Part shown: positions 33,695-42,948 of the stretch, one piece after another
Layout of the letters: every line of letters starts with the position of its first letter
Position numbering within the stretch: position 1 is the stretch's first letter
Assembly: GCA_036918135.1 (NCBI GenBank)
Contig: JBALDB010000046.1
Coordinates: 64,001-128,000 of the forward strand
Direction: 5' to 3'
DNA: 64,000 bases
Origin: Nostoc sp.
Lineage (GTDB): Bacteria > Cyanobacteriota > Cyanobacteriia > Cyanobacteriales > Nostocaceae
Translations under genes and position numbers: made by a program
The notes under the pieces: model-generated
Databases searched by the model: none
The model's input: the letters and a program-made list of their open reading frames with translations, nothing else
What the model was told of the DNA's origin: nothing

Positions 33695-35572
33695 TCAAGA
33701 TGGGTGAAAATAATCGTAAATATCTTGAGCCAAACGCGGCCCGATTCCAGAAACTTCCGCTAGTTGTGTAGTTGTCGCTTGTCGAATATAGTCAACTGAG
33801 CGAAAATGCGCTAGTAGCTGCTTTTGTCGATGATGTCCTAAACCAGGAATTTCATCTAAACGCGATCGCTTTAATTTATCACTGCGTTGCTGACGATGGA
33901 AACTTACTGCAAACCGATGCGCTTCATCTCGCAGTCGCCGCAACAGCTGTACTCCTGGTTGTTCTGCGTCAGTAGTTAAAGGTTTAGATTCTCCTGGTAA
34001 AAAAATCTCTTCTCGCTGCTTCGCTAAACTAACAACTCGCAAGTCTTCTAATAAATTCATTTCCTGCAAAACAGCAACAACTGATGATAATTGACCTTTA
34101 CCACCATCAATCATAATTAAATCGGGCCAGTCAGGATTACCTAAACGTGCTAATTGTCGATCCTCAGCATACTTGCGAAATCGACGCTGAATAACTTCTG
34201 CAAGACTAGCAAAATCATCTGAATGTCCGGCTGTAACGGTAGGATTTTTGATTTTGTAGTGGCGATAGTGCTGCTTAGCGGGTAAACCGTCGATAAATAC
34301 AACTTGTGAAGCTACAGCATTTGAACCTTGAATGTGGGAAATGTCATAACCTTCAATGCGGTGAGGTACATCTGGTAAATCGAGGATAGCGGCTAAATCT
34401 TGCATTGCTTGGTGGTTGCGATCGCCTAATTTTTGCATTCTTTGCAATTCATACTGGGCATTTCGCTCTACCATCTCTATTAATTCTGCCTTAGTTTGCC
34501 GCAAAGGAGCCAAAATCGTCACTTTTTTACCTTTACGTCCACTCAAAACATCTGCCAATATTTCTGTATCTGGTAACTCGTGCTGTACCAAAATTTCTGT
34601 GGGTATTTCCACTGAATCAGCAGTTTGGTAATGTTCCTCTAAGGCTCGTTGTAAAATCGCCCCTGGTTCTGCATGAGCATCCGCAACAAACGCTAAGCGT
34701 CCTACCAATTGTCCCGCGCGAATCTGGAATAGTTGAATGCAAGCGTGTTGTGCGTCGGCTGCCAAGGCGATCGCATCCCGCGAAACTGTATCATCTGGTA
34801 AGGATACTTTTTGGTCAGCTGTCAGCGACTTTAACCCAGAAATTTGATCGCGAATTCGCGCCGCTGACTCAAAGTTCAAGTCCTCAGCAGCAGCGTTCAT
34901 TTGTTGGGTCAAAATATCAATCAACTCTTGAGTCCGACCTTGGAAGACCATCGCTATTTTTTGCACAATTTTGCGATATTCTTCTGGTGAAATCATTTGT
35001 TGACAGACACCTGGACAACGCCCTAAATCATAATTCAAACAAGGACGGTCTTTGAAAAGCGGTTGAGGTCGTTGTCGCTGGGGAAAGATACGCTTGCACA
35101 AGCGTAAAACTTCTCGCAACAGACCAGCATCAGTATAGGGGCCATAAAATTTATCCTTTTCTTTGCCTAATTGGCGTTTCCGGGTGATAAAAATCCGTGG
35201 ATAGTCTTCTGACCATGTGATGCAGAGATACGGATATTTTTTATCATCTTTGAGCAGCACATTAAAGTATGGTTGGTGCTGCTTAATCAAGTTAGCTTCC
35301 AGCGCCAACGCTTCCGCTTCAGTGTCAGTGACAATGAATTCAATTTCTGTCACTAATTTTACCATTGTCGCGATGCGTTCGCTTTTGTTGTAACCATCTC
35401 GGAAATATGAACGCACACGCGATCGCAACTTACGCGATTTACCTATATATATAATGCGATCGCTTTTGTCCCGCATGAAATAAACCCCCGGTTCCGGTGG
35501 AATTTCCGCTAGACGGCTTTCTAGTCGTTCTGGCTCTTTAACCAGTGATAGTATTTGAGTCGATATTGTCAC
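33695..35572 (-). CDS. uvrC: Excinuclease ABC subunit C
   Basis: GIY-YIG (GVY..YIGK), UVR domain, YDISH, IDGGKGQ and HhH; GTG at 35572 preferred. Confidence 0.97.
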   Translation of the reverse strand: MTISTQILSLVKEPERLESRLAEIPPEPGVYFMRDKSDRIIYIGKSRKLRSRVRSYFRDGYNKSERIATMVKLVTEIEFIVTDTEAEALALEANLIKQHQPYFNVLLKDDKKYPYLCITWSEDYPRIFITRKRQLGKEKDKFYGPYTDAGLLREVLRLCKRIFPQRQRPQPLFKDRPCLNYDLGRCPGVCQQMISPEEYRKIVQKIAMVFQGRTQELIDILTQQMNAAAEDLNFESAARIRDQISGLKSLTADQKVSLPDDTVSRDAIALAADAQHACIQLFQIRAGQLVGRLAFVADAHAEPGAILQRALEEHYQTADSVEIPTEILVQHELPDTEILADVLSGRKGKKVTILAPLRQTKAELIEMVERNAQYELQRMQKLGDRNHQAMQDLAAILDLPDVPHRIEGYDISHIQGSNAVASQVVFIDGLPAKQHYRHYKIKNPTVTAGHSDDFASLAEVIQRRFRKYAEDRQLARLGNPDWPDLIMIDGGKGQLSSVVAVLQEMNLLEDLRVVSLAKQREEIFLPGESKPLTTDAEQPGVQLLRRLRDEAHRFAVSFHRQQRSDKLKRSRLDEIPGLGHHRQKQLLAHFRSVDYIRQATTTQLAEVSGIGPRLAQDIYDYFHPS

Positions 35573-35989
35573 AACCAAAATTAGGTAATCTTTCTCTATT
35601 TTAAGAAAAATTATTTTTTCTTGCCGATTTAATGAAGTATTCTCAAGTAAATATACAGTAGCTAGGCTTTTAGTCCACACATAGAGAAGTCTGAGTCGAG
35701 GAAATCTCGATCCAGAACTTAGACATAGTTTGTGTAACTGCAAATTTAATCTTCAGTAGTTGTCCTCAGAAAAACTTGATTTTTTTCCATTTATGCTTAA
35801 CATTTTATATTTCTATTTTGTTTAGATAAAAAGTATTGTAGTTTCTTGACTCTGTTCAATTTATATATTTTTATGTAACTCACTCATTTTTAGAAGTTTT
35901 AATATTAAGCAAATTAACGGATTTAGTAACTGAAATTTACGTTTATTATTGGAAATCTAACTATTACAATAATTTCCGAAAAATGAATT

Positions 35990-36169
35990 ATGAATCTGCA
36001 AGATTTTGAAGCCCAGTACCGTGAGGATATCGCGGAAACGCTCAACGATCTGCAAACAGCAGTTTTATTATTAGCAGAGGCTCAAAGTAAAATTTATCAA
36101 ATTGGCAATTCTGTGCAAAATCTCAGTCAACGTGTTGAAGAGTTTATTGCTGAGCAAAAAGTAGAATAA
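35990..36169 (+). CDS. 59-aa coiled-coil-like protein (not in the ORF track)
   Basis: MNLQDFEAQYREDIAETLNDLQTAVLLLAEAQSKIYQIGNSVQNLSQRVEEFIAEQKVE; coding-like GC inside an AT-rich spacer. Confidence 0.7.
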   Translation: MNLQDFEAQYREDIAETLNDLQTAVLLLAEAQSKIYQIGNSVQNLSQRVEEFIAEQKVE

Positions 36170-36190
36170 ATATGTATCCAGTAGAAAAGT

Positions 36191-36613
36191 TTATCTGTGG
36201 TAACAACTAAACTCTTTATCAATTGTCAAGATAAGATCCTTGAGTTTTAGAGGTTTGACAAAATAGTGACGTGCGCCCAAACTCAGAGCTAATTCTCGAT
36301 CTGCTTTGAAAGCAAAGGCTGAAACCACAATAATAGGTATTTTTAACAAATCCGGTTTTTGCTGGACTTGTTTTAAGAGTGAATAACCATCAATATCTGG
36401 CAATTTCAAATCGAGTAACATTAAATCTGGCCGGAATTTCTCGATAGTTGAGAAAAAAGCAGAACCTTCTGATAAGCTGTGGACATCGTACCCACAATAA
36501 CTTAAGTAGTCACTCAGCAACATCCTATTGAGCTCGTGGTCTTCGATTAATAAAATTCGTCTAGCTTGATTTGAACGGAATTGGGGATTTATGTTCAGTA
36601 ATTGTGCTGTCAT
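36191..36613 (-). CDS. Single-domain response regulator (CheY/DivK-like)
   Basis: LLIED, LLDLKLPDIDG, VSA and VKP. Confidence 0.92.
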   Translation of the reverse strand: MTAQLLNINPQFRSNQARRILLIEDHELNRMLLSDYLSYCGYDVHSLSEGSAFFSTIEKFRPDLMLLDLKLPDIDGYSLLKQVQQKPDLLKIPIIVVSAFAFKADRELALSLGARHYFVKPLKLKDLILTIDKEFSCYHR

Positions 36614-36918
36614 TGCTATCTATCATCATTTTTAGTTACAAGTCAATTATTGCCAGATGAATTATTAAATCAATAAAAATTTAAGTTATATAATATACTA
36701 AATAAAATTATAATTCACTAAATTTACTTATATTGGTATAATTAATCATATTATCTTAAAATGAAATAATAATAAAAAATTAAGCTTTTCTTCACAAAGT
36801 CTTTATTATTAATAATATCAAATAGTTTGCTGCTAGGGTAGAGGGGTTTTTGTTGCTCATCTGCATAGATTCGGGAATATAACTAATTAGCTGGACACGT
36901 TCTCAAATAGGAGTTTTA

Positions 36919-37036
36919 ATATGATGTCCGAGAAATCACCCGTAATATGTCTGAAGTGAGTGAAACGACGCAATCAATACGTTTTTGGGATTGCTTGCTA
37001 CGGTCGCAATAACGGTTATTTGAGTGGACACGATAT
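36919..37036. mobile_element. MITE-like element with an internal palindrome
   Basis: ATATGATGTCC/GGACACGATAT ends and inner GCAATC...GATTGC; a related left end lies at ~49556. Confidence 0.5.
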
Positions 37037-37071
37037 AACCTATCATCTGATAATTGGAAGCAAATATTCAT

Positions 37072-37095
37072 AAAAAAGGGAGCTAATAGCCCCCT
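37072..37095 (-). terminator. Intrinsic terminator of the PEP-CTERM gene
   Basis: GGGGGCT...AGCTCCC hairpin then TTTTTT on the minus strand. Confidence 0.6.
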
Positions 37096-37124
37096 AATCA
37101 TTTTGTAGACTTGCATCCACTATT

Positions 37125-38192
37125 TCAAATAGATACTTTTTTTATTTGGCGTCGGGTAGTAAAGATACCAGCAACACCCAGCAGACCAAGTATTACCGAT
37201 GGTTCTGGGACTGATTTTGGAGGAGTCGGAGCAATGTAATCTGGAGTCTTCCAGGTGTAATAGGCGCTGTATGATACACCATCATCGGATGCTGTAATTC
37301 CAGATGCAGTGGAGTTAAAGCTATAGGCATAATAGGTTTTATTACCAGTAACAACCTTAGCAATTTCACTAGCTCCGATTTCACCTTGGTAAACCTTTAA
37401 TGCCGCTTGGAAGTTGAGTAAGTCTTTGAACGATGTCAGTTGAGTTATTTGAGTTTGTAGCGTTAGTTTCGTAGCAGCAGAAGTTAGAGGCAAGTTCGCC
37501 AGTAATTGAAGTGATGAAATCTTAGCGCTAACATCTGAAGCGGTTACTAGAGTTATATCTTTATCACCGAATAGTGATTTCAGTGTAGTTGTACTAGTCA
37601 CTGCTATTGGTGTAGTATACGCAGCATTCAGCTTAGTAGTAAGTGTCTCTGAGAGTTTAGTCTTCACATCCAAGTGACCAACCAACGCCAGTTCCACACC
37701 GCCATTTTGACCGAATTGGAAGCTACCAACGTTCGGGTCTCCCATCCCTAGTAAAGGAAAATAACTCGTTACTAATGATTGGGTAGTAGCTGAAAACCCA
37801 TTCCATACTGACTTGAATGGAGTATAAGTACTCAATAAATCACCCAACCACTGGGAACCAAAACTATTCCAGTCATCAGCAGTAACACTGCTAACGGTAG
37901 CACTGTAGTTTCCTTGGGTAGCGGTGAAACCTACATTAGAAGTAGGATTTTCGGTACTATACCAAAGTTCGACGTTAGAAGAGGGATTACTATCACTCAA
38001 GGCTTTGGAGGCGGCTACAGTATCATTTGCTTTGAATGTGCCATTTGACCCACCAGTATAGGTTCTAATTTCATTAGGGTTGTTGAAACTAAAAGATGTA
38101 GCGTGTGCAGGAGCAGTGGCAAGAGCGCTCACACCAATAGCAATTGATGCACCAATCACAAGTTTCTGAAAAGTCATCTTCATTTTTTTCAA
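37125..38192 (-). CDS. PEP-CTERM sorting-domain surface protein
   Basis: Signal peptide ending APAHA; Ser/Thr-rich; C-terminal VPEPS, TM helix, RRQIKK. True start may be the ATG at 38183. Confidence 0.92.
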   Translation of the reverse strand: MKKMKMTFQKLVIGASIAIGVSALATAPAHATSFSFNNPNEIRTYTGGSNGTFKANDTVAASKALSDSNPSSNVELWYSTENPTSNVGFTATQGNYSATVSSVTADDWNSFGSQWLGDLLSTYTPFKSVWNGFSATTQSLVTSYFPLLGMGDPNVGSFQFGQNGGVELALVGHLDVKTKLSETLTTKLNAAYTTPIAVTSTTTLKSLFGDKDITLVTASDVSAKISSLQLLANLPLTSAATKLTLQTQITQLTSFKDLLNFQAALKVYQGEIGASEIAKVVTGNKTYYAYSFNSTASGITASDDGVSYSAYYTWKTPDYIAPTPPKSVPEPSVILGLLGVAGIFTTRRQIKKVSI

Positions 38193-38562
38193 GTCTCTGT
38201 CAGTTTGAAAGTTAAGGTTTAAACTATTGCTGTTTCTAGGCTTGGACTGTCTTAGCTACAGGCTTTTTGGCAATACTGCTGCTTAAAAACACAATTTGTA
38301 TTGTTAGCCATCTCTGGTAGCTGAATGTACAAACCCAGTTTAAGAAATGGGAGACTTAATTAGGTGAAGTTCCTGTGGATTATCAATAAATTGATGACAA
38401 ATATTTTTCTATCCTTATAAGTATAATTATGTGATTAGAACAAAAATTAAAGTAAAAAAACATACATTTATTAGAAATTGTAATATATGTATTTTTAGGG
38501 TAGGACAGCACAACTGCACTACCCCAGGTAAAAAATGCTTGGCGTTGAGTTTGAAAACAAGT

Positions 38563-39801
38563 TTAGTTGAGGAACTTAGCCATTCTTTCCACAGCAGTTT
38601 CTAACAAAGATGGCTCATGTACCAAGGCAAAGCGGACATACCCTTCCCCGGATTTACCAAAACCCGCACCTGGGGAAGCAGCTACACCAGTTTGTTTGAC
38701 TAGCTGGGTGCAAAATTCTATGGAGTTTTGACTCCAAGCAGAAGGCAACTTTGCCCAGATGTACATTGTGGCGTGGGGAGTGGGAACATTCCAGCCAATG
38801 CGATGTAGAGCAGCAATAAAAGCATCACGGCGTTGCTGGAAGGTAGCGACAGCAGTATTGACTCCAATTTGAGGCCCAGTCAAGGCAGCGATCGCCCCAT
38901 TCAAAATACCCCGATATTGGTTAAAATCAACAGCGGCTTTGACTTGGCGTAAAGCGTTAATCAACTGAGCATTGCCGATGGCGTAGCCAATACGGAAGCC
39001 GCCCATATTGTAGGACTTGGAAAGAGTGAAAAATTCAATGGAGATGCTTTTGTCTGGATCGGCTTGCAAAATTGAAGGTACTAGGGACTGAGTATTATGT
39101 ATTGGGTATTGGGAAAACTCTTTCTCAGTCGCCAGTCCCGAATCCCCAGTCCCTGCAAATACTAAATCCACGTAAGGGAAATCGTGAACTAAGGCGAGAT
39201 TATGTTGCTGACAAAAGGCGACAGCTTCTTGGAAAAAAGATAAAGGAGCGATCGCAGCAGTAGGATTGTGAGGATAACTCAACACCATCATCCGCGATTG
39301 AGCCAAGACTGGGGCGGGAATATCGGCAAATACTGGTAAAAAGCCATTTTCTGCGCGTAATGGCATTGGATAGATTTGCCCGCTAGCGAGGTAAACTCCT
39401 CCAGCATGGGAGGGGTAACCGGGATCGAGTAACAGCGCAAAATCTCCTGGATTGAGCAATGCTAGAGGTAAATGGGCTGTGCCTTCTTGAGAACCAATTA
39501 GAGGTAGTACTTCAGTTTGAGGATCGACTCTGATACCAAATTTTTGTTCATACCAATTAGCTGCGGCTTCGCGAAAGCCTTGAGTACCATTAAATAACAG
39601 ATAGCCGTGGGTAGTAGGATCGCCAAGAGATTGGGCGATCGCTTCAATGACATGTGCTTCGGCTGGTAAATCAGAAGACCCCAAGGATAAATCAATTAAC
39701 TGTTGTCCAGCTGCCAAGGCAAGTGCTTTGGCTCTGTCCATATCAGCAAATACATTCAATTGTAGAGGTTGTAAACGTTTTGCAAACTGTATATTAGTCA
39801 T
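38563..39801 (-). CDS. Class I/II PLP-dependent aminotransferase (LL-DAP aminotransferase-like)
   Basis: YPHNPT, DFPY and TLSKSYNMGGFRIG. Confidence 0.9.
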   Translation of the reverse strand: MTNIQFAKRLQPLQLNVFADMDRAKALALAAGQQLIDLSLGSSDLPAEAHVIEAIAQSLGDPTTHGYLLFNGTQGFREAAANWYEQKFGIRVDPQTEVLPLIGSQEGTAHLPLALLNPGDFALLLDPGYPSHAGGVYLASGQIYPMPLRAENGFLPVFADIPAPVLAQSRMMVLSYPHNPTAAIAPLSFFQEAVAFCQQHNLALVHDFPYVDLVFAGTGDSGLATEKEFSQYPIHNTQSLVPSILQADPDKSISIEFFTLSKSYNMGGFRIGYAIGNAQLINALRQVKAAVDFNQYRGILNGAIAALTGPQIGVNTAVATFQQRRDAFIAALHRIGWNVPTPHATMYIWAKLPSAWSQNSIEFCTQLVKQTGVAASPGAGFGKSGEGYVRFALVHEPSLLETAVERMAKFLN

Positions 39802-39804
39802 TTT

Positions 39805-40105
39805 TCCTCTCTTACAAAGTTCTGCTCGCCGGAAGCCGACACACCCTGCAGGAAGCCGCAGAAGCGTCTACAGACTTTGCGCTTGGTCATTTATCCTTTA
39901 TCGTCTCTTACAAAGTTGAGCCAGTCCGTTGTCTGTTTTCCCACGCTTAAAGGAAGTGCCATTGAGCCACTGCATTGGACGGGTTTCCTCAGCAGCGATA
40001 CAATTGGCGTTTGTTCCCCTTTGGCGCTGGCTTTGCCCTAGCTGGTGACTTTGCGCTTTGTCATTCATCAGTTACCAATGACTGACTAATGACCAATAAC
40101 TATTA
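39805..40105. repeat. Two tandem nested repeat elements plus an STRR array
   Basis: Both have the CTCTTACAAAGTT...GACTTTGCGC shell with different interiors. Confidence 0.8.
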
Positions 40106-40106
40106 A

Positions 40107-40442
40107 CTAATTACTATCTAAATGCTTAGCTAGAAGGCTGAGTAATTTTTCTTTACCAATGACTCCCTCAGTGGATTCTAGTAGTTTGTCTCCTTGAATT
40201 AGCCTAAGGGCGGGGACACCTTCCACTTGATACCGCTTAACTGTGTCTGGATTGGGGTCAATTTCTATTTTAACGACTTTGAGGCGATCGCTATAAGCAC
40301 TAGCAGCCGAGTTAATTACGGGGGACATTAATTGACAAGGCCCACACCAAGAAGCCCAAAAGTAAACTAATACAGGCTGCTCGGCTTTTAACACTTCGGT
40401 TTCAAAATCAGCATCAGTTATGGTGATTACAGCCTTACTCAT
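40107..40442 (-). CDS. Thioredoxin
   Basis: WCGPC active site; ATG at 40442 preferred. Confidence 0.93.
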   Translation of the reverse strand: MSKAVITITDADFETEVLKAEQPVLVYFWASWCGPCQLMSPVINSAASAYSDRLKVVKIEIDPNPDTVKRYQVEGVPALRLIQGDKLLESTEGVIGKEKLLSLLAKHLDSN

Positions 40443-40819
40443 TGCAGTCTCCATCAGGTGGCGATCGAAGTTGGCACACACAATACTCTATCCCAAACTG
40501 AGTCCTGAGTCATCGAACTTCTAATCTCAGTATGCCTGAAGCTTCAAAGTTCATGCCCTGTGCTGAGAAAATAGTACACCTCGTCGTAGGGGCACAACAT
40601 CGATCGTTGGTTTGCCTTACTTCTATTGTTCATTCAAATGAGAATTGCTATAGATTCAAGCTAAAGTGAAATGTAAATATTACTAGGCTGATGCAAGTTA
40701 AGACAGCCAAACAATAGCGCCTGGATATCACTCTGTTTAATTATCAGAATCGAGGTGCAATTCTTTTGCCAAGAGGCTGCGCCGATGGGTGCAGAATATT
40801 TACACTGTTGCCGAAAATT

Positions 40820-42049
40820 ATGGATAATTTCCCAGTGGTTGCTCAAATAGATGCATCCCTAGCCAATTTCCCTCACGAAAATACACTTATCATGCGGCCT
40901 AATACCGACTCAGATTCACCACCAAAGGAAAAAGTAGGAACTGACTTTGACTCTTACATGATGCGGCGGTGTTTGGAACTTGCTCGCCGCGCTTTAGGGC
41001 GTACTTCACCAAATCCGTTAGTGGGAGCGGTGATTGTCAAAGATGGGGAGATTGTTGGGGAAGGGTTTCATCCTCGTGCAGGTGAGCCTCATGCAGAAGT
41101 GTTTGCCTTGAAAGCAGCAGGGGTTCGGGCCCAAGGCGCAACAATCTATGTTAGCCTTGAACCTTGCAATCATTACGGACGCACTCCCCCTTGTTCGGAA
41201 GCCTTGATTAAAGCAGGGGTGGCAAAGGTGGTAGTAGGTATGGTCGATCCCAATCCACTCGTCGGTGGAGGCGGTATTGCCCGTTTACGTGCGGCGGGGG
41301 TCGAAGTGGTGGTAGGAGTCGAACAGGAAGCTTGTCGTCAGCTAAATGAAGGTTTTGTTCATCGCATTCTCTACAATCGACCTTTGGGAATTTTAAAATA
41401 TGCCATGACTTTAGATGGCAAAATTGCTACTACCTCTGGTCATAGCGCTTGGGTAACAAGCCAAGACTCCCGGACTGAAGTACATCAGCTGCGGGCGGCT
41501 TGTGATGCTGTAATTGTCGGTGGTAATACGGTACGACTAGATAATCCTTATTTAACTAGCCATCACTCAGGGTCTCATAATCCCCTGCGGGTGGTAATGA
41601 GCCGCTATCTTAACTTACCGGAAAATGCTCACTTGTGGCAAACTGCGGATGCTCCAACTTTGGTGTTGACACAGGAGGGTGCTAACCCTGATTTTCAAGA
41701 ACTGTTGCGAAAACTTGGGGTGGAGGTAGTGGAATTCACATCACTTACACCAGATAAAGCAATGGCGTATTTATATGAGCGGGGTTTTTGTAGTGTGTTG
41801 TGGGAGTGTGGTAGTACTTTAGCTGCTAGTGCGATCGCTCAAGGAGCAGTGCAAAAAGTCTTAGCATTTATTGCCCCAAAAATCATTGGTGGTAGCATTG
41901 CTCCTACGCCTGTGGGCGATTTAGGTTTTACCACCATGACTCAGGCACTATCTTTAGAACGCGTTCGTTGGCGTGTAGTAGGCTCCGACTGCTTAGTGGA
42001 AGGTTATTTCCGCCAAACCAGTCAATCATCACAAGCAATCAAGAGTTAG
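40820..42049 (+). CDS. ribD: Riboflavin biosynthesis deaminase/reductase
   Basis: PNPLVG, HAE, EPCNH..TPPC and TLDGKIA; start uncertain (ATG at 40820 or later). Confidence 0.95.
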   Translation: MDNFPVVAQIDASLANFPHENTLIMRPNTDSDSPPKEKVGTDFDSYMMRRCLELARRALGRTSPNPLVGAVIVKDGEIVGEGFHPRAGEPHAEVFALKAAGVRAQGATIYVSLEPCNHYGRTPPCSEALIKAGVAKVVVGMVDPNPLVGGGGIARLRAAGVEVVVGVEQEACRQLNEGFVHRILYNRPLGILKYAMTLDGKIATTSGHSAWVTSQDSRTEVHQLRAACDAVIVGGNTVRLDNPYLTSHHSGSHNPLRVVMSRYLNLPENAHLWQTADAPTLVLTQEGANPDFQELLRKLGVEVVEFTSLTPDKAMAYLYERGFCSVLWECGSTLAASAIAQGAVQKVLAFIAPKIIGGSIAPTPVGDLGFTTMTQALSLERVRWRVVGSDCLVEGYFRQTSQSSQAIKS

Positions 42050-42084
42050 AATTGGCGAATTCAGTAATTATACTTGTATGAATA

Positions 42085-42182
42085 TATAGCAGTTGGTAGG
42101 TAGCTTAGGACATAAACTGATGATAAAATCCGGAGATTAAGAGACTTTTAAGCCTGTTTCCTATTACCTGTTCCCTGCTATA
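42085..42182. mobile_element. 98-bp MITE-like element
   Basis: TATAGCAG/CTGCTATA termini. Confidence 0.5.
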
Positions 42183-42204
42183 ATCCTTGGCGATTTTGCT
42201 TCGA

Positions 42205-42420
42205 TTAACACTGACGTTCATGAGCAATATCACGTATGAGTGCTAGCCGAGATTGAATGTACTGGCACAGAAAATCAGTTTCGTTGGAATTTAACAAAAT
42301 TTGCATTTCGGTTTGTTTTACCAACCACTGCACCAAGCTAGCATCATCGAGTTGTAAGAGGATCTTAGCTTGGGCGGTTTCGACTACAGACCAAAGCTGA
42401 CGCATAATTGTAGGAGTCAT
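42205..42420 (-). CDS. Small conserved hypothetical protein
   Basis: MTPTIMRQLWSVVE...; GAGG upstream; amphipathic pattern. Confidence 0.75.
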   Translation of the reverse strand: MTPTIMRQLWSVVETAQAKILLQLDDASLVQWLVKQTEMQILLNSNETDFLCQYIQSRLALIRDIAHERQC

Positions 42421-42948
42421 CAGACCTCAATAGAATCATTAGCTTAGCTGTTTTTAGATTACACAATTTTGAGCGCACTTTACTACATGAATGTAGAAGC
42501 TGAGACAAGTATTATTAAAAAGTTAATAATGCTATTTATAACTTTATGAAGATTCAGAATCTAAAACTCTGTTTTGAAAATTGGGCATAGGGCATAGGGT
42601 GTAGGAAATAGCGAAGACTGAATTTTTTAAATTTAGTTCCAAAATCTAGAATATAAATTTACTAATCTTAAAATTAGATTTTTGTACTTATAAACACTGA
42701 AATATGTTGAATTAAACCCTAGAAAGCCAATTTTATATAAGCTTTAGTTGAATTATTTATTTGTATTGTAGAATACAAAACTCTGAAAAATTCAGAATCT
42801 ACAATAAAGAATTAGTGAGTTAGCATTATTTTTTACTTAAGGTTAATAATCAACAAGAAAATTAAGTAGTCTTACCAAGGCTGATTTAGGAAATATTCTA
42901 GATTCTGACTGCTGACTCTAATTTTTGAAATCAATTTTTACTAAAAAA

